Source: Camelus ferus (Eukaryota). From it: DNA of 64,000 nucleotides. Below the pieces are notes generated by a model. That model saw only the letters and a program-made list of their open reading frames with translations, was not told the DNA's origin and did no database searches. Every line of letters starts with the position of its first letter. Position 1 is the stretch's first letter. The DNA is taken from contig NC_045696.1 of assembly GCF_009834535.1 (NCBI RefSeq), forward strand, positions 8,062,001 through 8,126,000, given 5' to 3'. Below are positions 52,014-64,000 of this stretch, piece by piece. Made by a program: the position numbers and the translations under genes.

Positions 52014-52166
52014 CTTGTCGGGGTCCAGGAGGGCGTGGCAGATGATGTCCTCACAGATGCTGGCCGTCGGGGCCAGGCAGTGCAGCCGGTAGAACAACTC
52101 CACACACATGATGTGATGTTCCCGGGTCTCCTTGTTCAGCTGATTCCACAGCACTTGGGCCACCCT
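52014..52166 (-). CDS. DOP1B: DOP1B exon ~16 ([18 protein letters not shown]...ALLDPDK)
   Basis: tgtcag|AGG ... AAG|gtgagt; 153 nt, phase 0/0. Confidence 0.94.
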
Positions 52167-53334
52167 CTGACAGAGGGGAGACCGTGTGAACACAGGCTGT
52201 GTTCTCCCATCTCTCCCCTGTGGCAGCCCAGTGCCAGCCCCGAGGTACTCGCTTCTGCCTACATTTGCTGTGCGAGAATCTTAATATCCCAAAGAAACAC
52301 CACCGACAAACAAAACAAAGCAAACTAAACCCAAACCACATTACAGATCCCCCCAGGAGTCATCCAGGCAAGAGCAGTATAGAGGTTCAATGTGGAGGTT
52401 TGTGACCAGCTTAGGACACTGCAGCTCTGCCCAGAACTCCACTTTCAGAGGGGCACCACCTGGAAGTGAGAACCTATCGGCTGAGGCATCCTCTCAACAA
52501 GCACACACCAAGGCTCCCGCACTACGGCTCTAGAGACGTGCCCTCCAGCAAGCTGGGTGGATCTGCAGTGGTCACTGTCCCGAAGTCGCTGTCAAACCTT
52601 ACCACCTAGGGTTGCCTCAAACTGGAGCTCAGCTTTAGTTCCACAAACTTGTTCATTCCCATTTCTGAGCCGTGGCAGATGCCTGGCTCACCTTCAGGAC
52701 ACAAATTGTATCCCAAATCAAGTGTTTCACCTCCCCTGCCCTGATCTTAGCTGTTTAAACATATGAGGTCTGCAAATGGCCACAGCTCAAGACTCAAAAG
52801 GAAGGCTGGTCCCCACTTCCAGGAGGGGAGTTTCTGAAGGCATTTTTCCAGGTCATGGAAAAAGACCGCGTCTCATAGGTACATCTTAAATCAAAGAACT
52901 TCTTTTGGCCCATTTATTTCTATTTGACAAAATTGTCTTCTCTGCACAAATCAAATTAACCCCTGACTGGCCTGAGTCCCTAAACATTATTTATTTTTTA
53001 TCAAAAGGAACGTGGTGTCCAATCATCAAGTTAAACTTCTGATACGAAACTTTTGACTAAGTAAAGTAGTCCCCTTACCTGCAGTCCCCATGGCAAATTT
53101 ATATCTAAGAGGCTCCATCTGAAAGGTTTAAAGTTTTCTGGAGGCTTTTTGAGACTTGATGTGGATCACAAAATCCACACCTGCTCCTTCATCTGTCCTA
53201 GCCTTCACAATCCCTGTGCTCTGGACAGTTTCCTAGTGGTTGACAATCTGTAATTACCACCTAGAAAGGGCAGGGTACTCTTGGGAGAGCTGACCTCATT
53301 CTCATTTGCACTGTGGACAGCAGGCACACTGGAG

Positions 53335-55920
53335 TTGAAAGTACAATAACTGAAATGAAAAATTCACTAGAGGAGGCTCAACAGTTTATCTGAATTGGCA
53401 GAAGAAAGAATCAGTGAAAAAGATTGACAGGATTTATGTAATCTGAAGTATACGGAGAAAAAAATAGTAAAAAATGAGTGGAGTCTTGGAGAAATGTGTG
53501 GCACACCATTAAGTGCACCAGCCTACACATATCTGGAATGCCAGGTGAAAAAAAAAGAGAAAGGAATAGGAAAATATTTGAAGAAATAATGGCTGAAAAC
53601 TTCCCAAACCTGATGAAAAACCTTAAACTACATATACCAGAAGCTCAGTAAATTCCACGTAAGATAAATACAAAGAGACCCACACCCAGACACATCATAG
53701 TGAAATGATAAAGGACAAAGAGAAAATCTTGAAAAGTAACAAGAGAAAAATGACTCGATAATTTACAAGGGAACCCCAATATGATTAACAGCCAACTTCT
53801 CATCAGAAACAAAGGAGGCCAGAAGACAGGTGGATGACATATTCAAACAATTAATTTAAATGTAAGTTCACTCAAACATTTAGATGAGCATTTGTTACGG
53901 ATTATTAAACAAATGCTGCTTTAAATATTTTATATTCAAGTGCATGTGGGGGAAGATTAAAGTATATTTATTCCTTTTTTAAAGTATATTAATTCTTATA
54001 TTCACAGTGTTGAAAGGCAAAAAAAAAAAACAAAAAACTCAACCAAGAATCTTGTATCCTGTAAAACTACCTTACATAAAATAATAAGAAATAAAGACAT
54101 TTCCAGATAAAAACTGAGAGATTTTGTTGCCAGCAGACCTGTCTTACAAGAAATACTAAAGGAAAATAGGCACACGAAAAAATGCTCAATATGACTAATT
54201 ATCAGAGAAAAGCAAATCAAAACTACAATGAGGTATCACTTCACACCATCAGAATGGCCATCATTAAAAAATCCACAAAAGATAAATGCTGGAGAGGGTG
54301 TGGAGAAAAGGGAACATTTCTTACACTGCAGGTGGGAATGTAGTTTGGTGCAGCCATTACAGAAAACAGTATGGAGATTTCACAAAAAACTAAAAATAGA
54401 CTTGCCATATGATCCAGCAATCCCCCTTCTGAGTGTGTATCTGGAGGGAACTCTAATGCAAAAAGATACATGCACCCCAATGTTCATAACAGCACTATTT
54501 ACAATAGCTAAGACATGGAAGCAACCTAAATGTCCATCGAGAGATGACTAGATAAAAGTATATTTATACAGTGGAATACTACTCAGCCATAAAATAAAAG
54601 AATAAAATAATGCCATTTGCAGCAACGTGGATGGACCTAGAGATTGTCATTCTAAGTGAAGTAAGCCAGAAAGAGAAAGAAAAATACCATATGATATCAC
54701 TTATATGTGGAATCTAAAAAAAAAAAAAGGACACTAATGAACTTACCTACAAAACAGAAACAGACTTACAGACATGGTAAACAATCTTATGGTTACCAGG
54801 GGAAAGGGAGTGGGAAGGGATAAATTTAGGAGTTTGAGATTTGCAAATGTTATTTAGCCACTATATATAAAAATACATTCAAAAAACCCAACACATTTTT
54901 TCTGTATAGTACAGGGAACTATAGTCAATATCTTGAAATAACCTTTAATGAAAAAGAATACGAAAATGAATATATGTACGTATATGAATGACCAGGATAT
55001 TGTGCCAGAAATTACACCAGAAGTTGACACATTTTAACTGACTATACTTCAACAAAAAATAATTTTTAAAAAAATTAAAAAAAAAAAAGAAATACTAAAA
55101 GAAGTTGTTTAGCGTGAAAGCAATTGATCCCAGACAGTTATCTGAACCCATACAAAAAGCAAATGACACCGGTAAAGGTAATTATGCAATTATAAAAAGA
55201 TGGTATAAATGCATAATTCTTCTCCTTTCTTCTTTCAACTGACTTAAAAAACAGTTGTGTGAAATAATAGGCACACACTGCACTGTTGGGCCTATCGCAT
55301 GAAACGCAGCTGACAATAACAGCACAAGTGAAGACATACTGGAGTAAAGAAATGGCACCAGATGCTCCTCGAGCCCACAAGTGAAGAGAGCCAGAGTGAT
55401 GAACAAGAAGGCCAACGTGACAAACTCTATAAACACATCCAATTGTTTTCCTTTCTTCTCCAACTTCTTTAAGTGACATAAAACTATAAAAAGTGTAACT
55501 GCAACCATGTAATGTTGGCCTATAACATACACAGATGTACGATACGTAACAGTAATAACACGAGAAGGGGAAGAGGAACAGAGCTACTCAGGAGGGATGG
55601 TTCTGTATCTCTCCAGAATTTCGGAGGAAAGTGAACTCCATTCTCGTAAAATGTATATGGTAATCCTTACAGCAACGACTAAAAAAAACCAAAACCTCCA
55701 AAAATATGTTGAAAAAATCATTAAGGGAATTAAAATATTATGTTGGAAAATACTCACTGATGAAAAAGTAGTAAAGGAGAAATAGGTGGGAAAAGATAAA
55801 ACATAATAGAAAACAAGGAAAATGGCACCTTTCTGTGAATATAGTACAACCACTGAATTGTATACTTTCAATGGGTAAATTATATCTAAATAATGCTGTT
55901 ATTTAAAAAAAAAAAAAAAG
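53335..55920 (+). mobile_element. Old L1 5'/ORF1 region with a nested young L1 (54165-55086)
   Basis: ORF1 phrase gaagaaataatggctgaaaacttcccaaa; nested element has ORF2 C-terminus (107-aa ORF 54228..54551) and TSD aagaaatactaaa(g/a)gaa at 54148-54164 and 55087-55103. Confidence 0.9.
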
Positions 55921-57063
55921 GGAAACAAAGCTGAGAGGTGGCCTCAGTTATATGACCTGCTTGAGAAGAGCTCATTCCAGACAGGTGAAAAGCCAGCCCA
56001 TTTTGAAAGCCTTTCACGGGCTGATGGGCTGTCAAGACCTAAAAGGATAGTTTAGTTCCGATATCTCATTCCCACATGAAACATCTAACATGTCTCTTCC
56101 TTAGTGTCTCCGGGTTTGCAGGGTGCCTGCCACCCCCACCACCCACAGGGGAAACGCTTTCCATCTACAGGCCCCAGTGAGTGAGATTGTCCCTGTCTAT
56201 ACCACACGGCTGCTTCCCCCTGGGCCTCTGGCTGGTCACTGCCGTGGTCACCTGGATGAGCAGAAGTTGCCTGACCCAAGGGTGCCCCACTGGCTGCCTA
56301 TTTAATAGCTGTGACAGGCTAGTTCGGAATTGTTAGAAAGAGATACAAGCATTATTAGCTATGAGAACCAGGTCTGAGGGTCCTGAGGCAGACATGGTCA
56401 AGTGGAAACCAAGTTAGGTCCTGGCTGGCAGGGAGATGTGCAGAGCAAACAGCCTTGGGATGTGATGGCTTCCCAGGTGAGCCCCCAGGGGACCCAGCTG
56501 CATTCCTCTCCCGCCCTTTGACTTCCACGGGCTCTCCCATCGTCATAATAAACTTCACTTTTTTTTTTTTCACGAGCAGCTGGAGTAGCTTTCAGCTCCT
56601 TGCAATTACATGAGCCCTATGATACCTTATTTTCCTAATTTGTCCCCAAGAAAGATGGACAACACATGCTCACCACCTTTAGTGAATAATCTTTCTTAAA
56701 TCTGACAAGTACTAAATTTTTCCTGAGGTTAAATAACCTCAAAGCCTCTAATCTCACAAATTAGGACAGGCTCTCTTTTTCTGTATACTTAGATAATTTA
56801 GCAATCTTCACTCATATGGGGTCTAGTCAGCCTAAATCTGAACACAAATGTTACTGAACACTTGCTGCGGGGACAGAAATTGTGCCAGGAGCCTGGGTTA
56901 GAGAGATGGCCAAGCCAGGCACAGGTCCCCAGCAACCCTCACAGGCTGCCACCAGAGACACCGTATTCCGTCACTGCCACTACAATCTTAGGGACAACAA
57001 CAAATAAATAGTCTGGGAAGAGGGTCCCAGGGTCCCATCCACCCTCTTCCTGGTGGGAACTAC

Positions 57064-57335
57064 CTGGTAGAAGTCTGTTTTCTCTGCGATGACTTTCAAT
57101 ATTCCTGGAGCGATGGGCGGAACCGTCACCATCTGCAGCTTCCCGAAAAATGGGTTGTGTCCAGAGCTTTTATAGCGTTTCATCTTGTCTTCAATGACGA
57201 GCGCTAGGGACTGGGAGTGGTTTATCACTTCGAGTAGAGTGGAGATGGCCACGTGCTGGAGGTAGCAGTCAGTCACGCAGCAGCTGATGGTCATGAGGGA
57301 TTTCAGCCAAGATGGAAAACTGAAATCACCATCTC
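57064..57335 (-). CDS. DOP1B: DOP1B exon ~15 ([16 protein letters not shown]...AEKTDFYQ)
   Basis: ttgcag|GAGAT ... CAG|gtagtt; 272 nt, phase 1/0. Confidence 0.95.
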
Positions 57336-57958
57336 CTGCAAGGAAACCAACCAGAGAGGATGGAGACAGACACACCCACATGAGACTGGCTCACCAACCT
57401 GCAGACTCTAAGACACCTTTAGATCTGGCAAGTCACCTGGGCAGCAGTGTGATATCCTTCTGGTGGGGACACAATATGCTGTCCCCATTCAGGGCCAGAG
57501 GACAAGTGAGACCAAGTCTGGTTTCATGTGCTTGTCAGATTATTCAAATTCTGCAAATGTCAGTCTCGGGGTTTTAAGATGATTCAAAATGTTTGCTTCT
57601 CTTTTATTTAAAAATTTGCATACAGTAAAATTTGCATTACACGTTCTTTTTGAAATTTACATATAGAGTCACTTTTTTTTGGTGTAAAGTTCAAAATGTG
57701 TTCTTGAAGCTCTCTTGGTAGTAGGGCACACGGCATTAGCTTTAAAAGAGGGCAAAAATATACTGAGGATATCAATACTAAATGCAGTTCTTCCCGGCGT
57801 GCGGTCAGGTGCAGCTATGGAGCCAAGAGAGAAGTGGGGAGTTTGAGATAATGACTACAAGAGGGGAAGTCTTCATCCTCTGCTCCTGCCAACTTAATCA
57901 CTTTTTCTTGCTTTCCACCTTCCCTCCTACCCCTTTTTTCTTTGAAGTGTTCACTGTC

Positions 57959-58748
57959 TGTGACGGACTCGGTTGTATCTGCTCAAAATTCACAGGTTGA
58001 AGCCCCAGTCTCTATGTGATGGTGTTTGGAGGTGGGGCCTGTGGGAGGTGATTAGGTCTAGTTAGAAGAGGTCCTGGGTGTGTGGCCTTCATGATCGGAC
58101 TGGTGCCCTTGTAAGAAGAGACAACAGAGAGACGCCCCCACCCACACCACCCCCGGGGATGTCAGCACACAGGGACAAGGGGGCAGTCTGTAGCCCAGCG
58201 GAGAGGTCTCGTCAGAAACCAACTCTGCGGGCACCCTGATCTCGAACTTCCAGCCCCAGAGCTGCGAGAAAATACCTTTCTGTTGTGTCAGCCACCCAGT
58301 CTACGGTGTTTTGTTATGGCAGCCCCAGCTAAGATACCGCCTGTTATGGGTTGAACTGTGTCCTCATAAAAATTCTTATGTTGAAGTCCTATCCTCTAGC
58401 ACCTTGGAATGTGACCTCATTGGGAAATACGATCAATGTAGATGTAATTAGTTAAAATGAGGTCACAGTAGAGTGGCCCTGACCCAGTATAACTGGGGCC
58501 TGATAGAAGGGAAATCTGAATATAGACACGTACACAGGAAGAACACCATGGAGAGACTGAAGTCAGGCTGCCCCCGAGCCCAGGAGCTCCCAGGCCTGGA
58601 CCACATCCTTCCCCAGCACCTTCAGAGGGAGCATGACCCTGCCAACAGCTGACCACAGACTTCTGGCCTCCAGACCCGTGAGACAATACATTTCTACTGT
58701 TTAAACCCCTTAGTTTGTGGCTGTTATGGTAGCCCTAGCAAACTAACG
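57959..58748 (+). mobile_element. Two adjacent MaLR LTRs (MLT1A-like 57959-58336; MLT1B/C-like 58342-58748)
   Basis: Typical ends gttatggcagcccc...taagata and tgttatgggttgaactgtgtcc...ggtagccctagcaaactaa. Confidence 0.8.
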
Positions 58749-59059
58749 GACGAAGCTTTAACAGCGGGTCTCATGAAATCATCTATTTCCTGACTATCAT
58801 TAAGCAGCTTTAATGTCCCAGATCTTTATGCTGGACACCCAAAGTTTAAAAATACAGACCCAGCCTCACCAACTTCGCATCTGGTGAGACACAAATCAAA
58901 ACTGTACGCACTAATCACAAAACAAGGAAGGAGACAAATGTGGCAACTTGTTCCTTCTCAGCTGATGTGACTTTAGCTGGTCTACACGCATCCACTGCCT
59001 GAGTCACATGACTCCCCAGGTGGGCCCCAGCAGGGAGTGGGGTGGGGCTGCCCTCTCAC

Positions 59060-59744
59060 CTGGAAGCTGGAAGAGCACTTCGCAGAGCCGCTCGGTCTCC
59101 TCCTCGGACAGGTAGACGGGGAAGGTGGCGCACTCCAGCAGCAGGTGGCAGGAAGCCGCGAAGGCCTCCCTGCAGCCCTCTCTGGAGCTCCCCAGGTTGA
59201 TGACCACCTGGCCCATGGCCCACTCTCCCTCCTTCCGGTGGCCGGGGCTACTGGGCAGAGGCGGAGGCGACCCCGTGCTTTTGGTCTTAAATGGAGACCC
59301 TCGGGCGGTGAACAGGTCTGAGAGCATCTGCTTGAACTGGGGCACGCTGACGGGCTTCGCCTCCCACGGGGTCCTCCTGCCCGCGCCGCTGGCCGCCGCG
59401 CCGCGCATCCCGCCCTCGTCCCTCTGACCGGCGGGCTCCTCCAACTTGGTTTCTTCTCCAGATGCCACCAGCTGGACTCCAAAAATGTTCTTGTGGGCGA
59501 AGTTGGCAATCAGCTCTTGGATGCAAAGAAACGTCCTCTGCATGCTCCCACCCTTCTTCCAAACGTCGTCTTTATCCGGAGAAACTCTGGGAACCCTCAA
59601 GTGCTCAGAGAGCTCTGGAGACGAGGCACTGAGCCCGATCCCACTGTCTTCAGATTTCAGCGGAGGAAACGAAGCATCTTCATCACCGGGCAGCACTGCG
59701 TTTGGGTCTAAGATTATTTCACTGTTTTCACCTTTTACTGGACT
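59060..59744 (-). CDS. DOP1B: DOP1B exon ~14 ([10 protein letters not shown]...EVLFQLP)
   Basis: tttgcag|AGT ... CCAG|gtgaga; 685 nt, phase 0/1; within the 273-aa ORF 59004..59825. Confidence 0.95.
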
Positions 59745-61044
59745 CTGCAAAGAAAAAAAAAGAAAAAAAGAAAAAAGACACAAGGGAAGTTTGTAGTGTG
59801 TATCTGGTAAGACCCCGGGATTCAAACATCAGCTGAATAAGGATATAAATGTGTACTTCTTATTTTTCGAAATCATAATTCTCTACACCAAGAGAATCCC
59901 TGTGTACAAACGTGTTTGAAATGAAAAGAGCACACAGCAGGCCGGAGACAGGCTGACAAAGCCCCACGCTCTCTAGGGGGGCTGCCTTTGAGCCCACTTT
60001 GTATGTTTTATTTAGACCCTTCAGGGTTCAAAAAGATTATTTAAAAACAGCTTCTGACAGACTGAAAAATATGAATGAGGACATTGGACTGAATGTAAAA
60101 TAAAGGCATGAAGAAAGAGGAGAAAGCTAAAACAAAGTATTTAACCATGTGTACGTTTTACATACTCACACAGGTGCATATATATTCTGCAGCTTTTCCA
60201 AAAGGATGACACTTCAATCTTTAATGAATCAACCTCTTATATTGTTACTCAGATAATATTACGTTAAATTGAAAAATTTTCAACATTCAACATTTAGCCC
60301 ACTGTGCTCTCTGGGGAAGAACAAAGCAATATTATGCAACTTTTGAAATATTGTTAATTATATTTCTAGACTACACATGCTTAAACTTTATATCTTATAT
60401 TATTTTTAGGATTTTTTTTCCAATAGCTGTATTAGGTAGCCAAAAAAAAAAAAAAAGACCTAATTTTGAAACTGAAGTAACAATCTGTAACTAGTCTGCA
60501 AACTGACAATCAAGTCCCATAGGCAGCTCATGAGCCCTAACCAGCACACAGCCCCTGTCCCGCAACACTCTGCTTCCTCAGTCTGTTCGCACACCTGCCC
60601 ACCATTGCACCAAGTGGATTTCAAGGGCAGAGCTTTCAAATCACTGAACAAAGTAGAAAACAAAAATAATTCAAAGACCGTGGGGCCTCAAACTGCTTGT
60701 GGAACCATAACTGTTACAGTCTTTTTGGAGAACAATTTGGCAGGGTCTCTCCAAGTTTAAAAAGAAATGGGTCTGACTGCAACCCATTTCGAGGAACTGA
60801 TCCCTCGGAAACCCTTGCAGCCCTGAAAACGGTCTGTGCAAGGATGCTGACTGCGGCACTGTAACGGTGAAAAACTAGAAATAACCGAAATAACGTCCAC
60901 GGGGGAAGAGCAATTATAGCCATACCGTAGACTGTCACGCAGAAGTTAGAAAGTGTAATAAGATACTTCCACACGCACAGATCGGGACAGATGTCCCCAG
61001 ATGTGGCCTGGATGAGAACCAAAGCAAAGCAGAGAATAATGTAC

Positions 61045-61490
61045 GTTACGGGTTGACCTGTGTTCCCTAAAAAAGATGTTGGAAGTCTTAATCTCCAGTA
61101 CTTATAAATGTGACCTCATTTGGAAATAGAGTCCTTGCAAAGATCAAGTTAAGTGAGGTCATTAGGGTGGGTCCTAATCCAGCATCACTGGTGTCCTTAT
61201 AAAAAGGCAAAATTTGGACGCACAGATATGCACGTGAGGAAGACGCTGTGTGAAGAGGAGGGCGGAGACTGGGTGGCGTGTCTACGAGCCAAGGAATCCA
61301 AAGATGGCCAGCAAACCCCAGAAGACAGTTGAGATGCGTGGAACAGATTCTCCCTCACAACCCTCAGAAGGAATCACCCTCCTGACACCTTAACCTCGGA
61401 CATCTGGCCTCCAGAACTTCAGACAGTAAATTTCTGTTATTTGTCACCCAGTGTGGCACTTTTTTACCATAGCCTCAGGAACTAATCTCT
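61045..61490 (+). mobile_element. MaLR LTR (MLT1B/C-like) within an old L1 3' fragment
   Basis: aatgtgacctcatttggaaatagagtc, ggaacagattctccctcac, tctggcctccagaact. Confidence 0.8.
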
Positions 61491-61785
61491 CACTTATATT
61501 AAAAAAAAAAAAAAGCAAAATTTCATATATACAAACATGCATATAGAAGGTCTGGACAGCGAGCTACGTCTAACTGTGAGCTTAGTGATGGGCTGTTGCA
61601 GGAAGTACCAGAGAAGGGGTGACACGGAGGGTGACTTCCTACACTAAAAGCTTTGATAAAGCGTTAGAGGACGTTAGAAGTGTATTTTAGACATTGCCGA
61701 TACATCTTCCGGTCTTTACTCCTACCCGGGAAGGCACAAGGATCTTTCAGCCCAGGGAACCACTTCCGCTCCTCCCAGCACCTAC

Positions 61786-61977
61786 CGAGCTTCCACTTGC
61801 AAGCTCCGTGTCCAGGTAGGAAGGGGGCATCTGGACTTTGCTGAGCACTTTGAAACACGTCTTCACGGCGTGCGTGAACTCAGGTAAGCTGAGCGCGTCC
61901 ATCTCCTCAGCCAGAGGCTGCACCAGGCAGCCCAGCACCTGCGGGAGGTACTGGGTTTGCACCTCAGAGTAAAGTTC
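61786..61977 (-). CDS. DOP1B: DOP1B exon ~13 ([22 protein letters not shown]...LASGSS)
   Basis: tcacag|GAA ... TCG|gtaggt; 192 nt, phase 0/0. Confidence 0.93.
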
Positions 61978-62577
61978 CTGTGAAGTAAAGACACGGCTTT
62001 AACTAACGTGTTTCCAGTTGACACCCTGTAGAAAACGGCCCCTTAGACAATCCAAATATTTTTAGAGCATAAATTTGTTTCATGTTAGTTTCCAAGTCAG
62101 AAAACAAAACAATATTTCTTTTTGATCTAAATCAATGGACGTTCTTCCTCTCCGTTCAGGTAGCTTTATTCTTTCTAGTAAAAAAAAAACTGCCACAACT
62201 ATTTCTATATTAAGGAGATTAGTTTCCTTTGAGAAAATGAGCCAACAGCACAATTTTAACTAGGAAATACATTTACTCTCATTCCTAAATAGCTGTTGTA
62301 CAGGGGTGACACCCAGTTCATCATCTGGTTTCATAACTTCAGCTCGGCCCACTTACAACTGGCTCAAAAGTTATAACCCTTTTAATTAAAAGGACATAAA
62401 AGACATAAGAGATCACACCCGGCTACAGCTTCCTTGCTGAAACAAACACGGAAGGGGTGCTACATATTTATGTATAATACTCTTCGGTAAGTTTTGGTTT
62501 CTACAAAGGCCGACAACACTCAGAAGAACGTAAGTAACAGCCAGCACTGAGCCATCTCTTTACAGCAAGGGACCCAC

Positions 62578-62680
62578 CAGGGGGATAACGTCCAGAATGA
62601 ACACGAGGAGGGTGCAGATCTCTGAGGCCGTCGGGGGAGGGCCGACGCTTCTCCCGAGAGCGTTTCTCTGCTTCATTGGT
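62578..62680 (-). CDS. DOP1B: DOP1B exon ~12 ([34 protein letters not shown]); upstream exons lie beyond the window end
   Basis: acgcag|ACCA ... CTG|gtgggt; 103 nt, phase 2/0. Confidence 0.88.
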
Positions 62681-63699
62681 CTGCGTGAGTCCCAGGAAAA
62701 GAAAAACAAATCAACTCTCTTAAAATAATTTCAAGCATTTCCTATGATTCCCAATAACGTGACTTATTCTATTTCAATTCTATTTCAAATATAATGAAAG
62801 AGCTCCTGTAGTACTAACAATTAAGCTTTGGTGCCTAAAACTATCGCACACATAAAAGAATCAGTAAGTGTCTCGAATCTGCTCAGCCACAAAAGGGGTT
62901 CACGCTGAGTTGAAGTTCATCGAGTCAGATGAAGGTGGTCCCAGGCTCACGTGGAATGCCACACCGAGCAGAGCTGGAGCTGCCCACAGCAACGACCCCA
63001 AACCACAGGCATGTTCCGAGGGAGGGAGCCGGGCTCCGGGACAACACAGGACAGCTGTTTGACTTGCTGTAGGAGCAACCACAGGCAGCTCCCCAGGGTC
63101 ACCGTGAGCTCATCCACGTGAGGTGCTCGGAATTCTTCAGTTTCCTCAGAGAAGTGTAACTCCACCGGTCAGTTCCATTAGGAGCTGCTTATCTTATACT
63201 GAAAGTCAACACTTCCTTTTAAATAAGAAGGCAACTGGATAAATGAATTTAAAAGTATATACCGGTTCTTGAAACAGAATAATTTTGGATTCACCTAGCT
63301 ATCACAGTACAATTCAACTTGAGTTAATCTTCTTCGTTGTAAATTATTGCTTAGTTATCTCAGAGTTTATCTTGGTAAGAGAATGACTAAAAACCTGCAA
63401 CCACTACATCCCGGAGGTTCTGCTTATAGGTGTCGACTTTGAAGAAACCCGTGTGTCTGTGTGTAAAGAGACGGGGCAAGTGTGGTCACCACAGTACTAT
63501 GGACAACAGTGAAAACACTGGTTTATTTGCGCACTGGACTACCACACCTACGATGAATGAAAGATACACACTTGGCATAAAAACACAGACATCACGGGCA
63601 GGAGAGGGATTAATACTGGGATGAAAGGAGAGAAAAGTGCTGGGACGGTGGGCAGTTAGCTCTATTGGGGTAGCAACGTTTTATTCCTTTAAAAGAAAA

Positions 63700-63870
63700 A
63701 AATGTGAATAATAGCCTATAATGAAAAAGAATATGAAAAGGTATATATATATGTATGAAGGTATCACTATGTTATACCCAAGAAATTAATACAACACTGT
63801 ACACTGACTATATACTTCAACAAAAGATAAATAAGTAAATAAATAATGTAAATGTCCAAAAATAGAATAA
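63700..63870 (+). mobile_element. L1 3' tail fragment
   Basis: taatagcctataatgaaaaagaatatgaaaa...actgactatatacttcaa plus A-rich tail, matching the other young L1 tails in the window. Confidence 0.75.
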
Positions 63871-64000
63871 ATAAAAGAAAGACGTGAAAAACAACAATCA
63901 AGCGTCACCTGTAATTTCAGCGACAGGTGATATATGTCTGACATTATTTCCTCTCCTCTCTTACACCTGCAATGCTTCGTTAACTCTTTCTCTTTAAAGA

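Noticed and set aside
54228..54551. 107-aa ORF (and similar ones at 39282, 16672, 19714, 21112)
   Set aside because: Fragments of L1 ORF1/ORF2; no intact autonomous element.
58982..59796. Several ORFs overlapping exon ~14
   Set aside because: Same shadow effect; the DOP1B frame explains the region.
62700..64000. Possible further DOP1B exon upstream of exon ~12
   Set aside because: No minus-strand segment with DOP1B-like peptide and a compatible phase-2 donor was found.
1..64000. Novel multi-gene system, CRISPR-like array, full provirus, snoRNA/miRNA or processed pseudogene
   Set aside because: No repeat-spacer array, paired LTRs with internal genes, or recognisable ncRNA or retrocopy seen by eye; an Rfam/BLAST scan would be needed to exclude small ncRNAs fully.

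Overview
Mammalian genomic DNA, most likely a camelid (three tRNA-derived Vic-1-like SINEs plus artiodactyl-type L1 tails). Two genes lie head-to-tail on the minus strand, in the order known from human 21q22. The first is the 3' part of DOP1B (DOPEY2): 26 coding exons traced by hand from 62680 down to 14044, all GT-AG and phase-compatible. Exon numbers 12-37 are inferred by counting back from the terminal exon, assuming the human 37-exon structure. The second is the CpG-island promoter and first coding exon of MORC3 (ATG at 3189). The rest is intron or intergenic DNA rich in L1, L2, MIR, MaLR/ERV1 LTR and hAT relics. I see no evidence of a novel multi-gene system. The most notable anomalies are: an apparent 1-bp frameshift in the DOP1B terminal exon; a dense cluster of POU octamer motifs in a DOP1B intron; an L1 inserted 26 nt from a splice acceptor; competing splice sites; and two solo LTRs just upstream of, and co-oriented with, MORC3. 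Gene and repeat names come from recognition, not database searches, and repeat boundaries are approximate unless TSDs are given.
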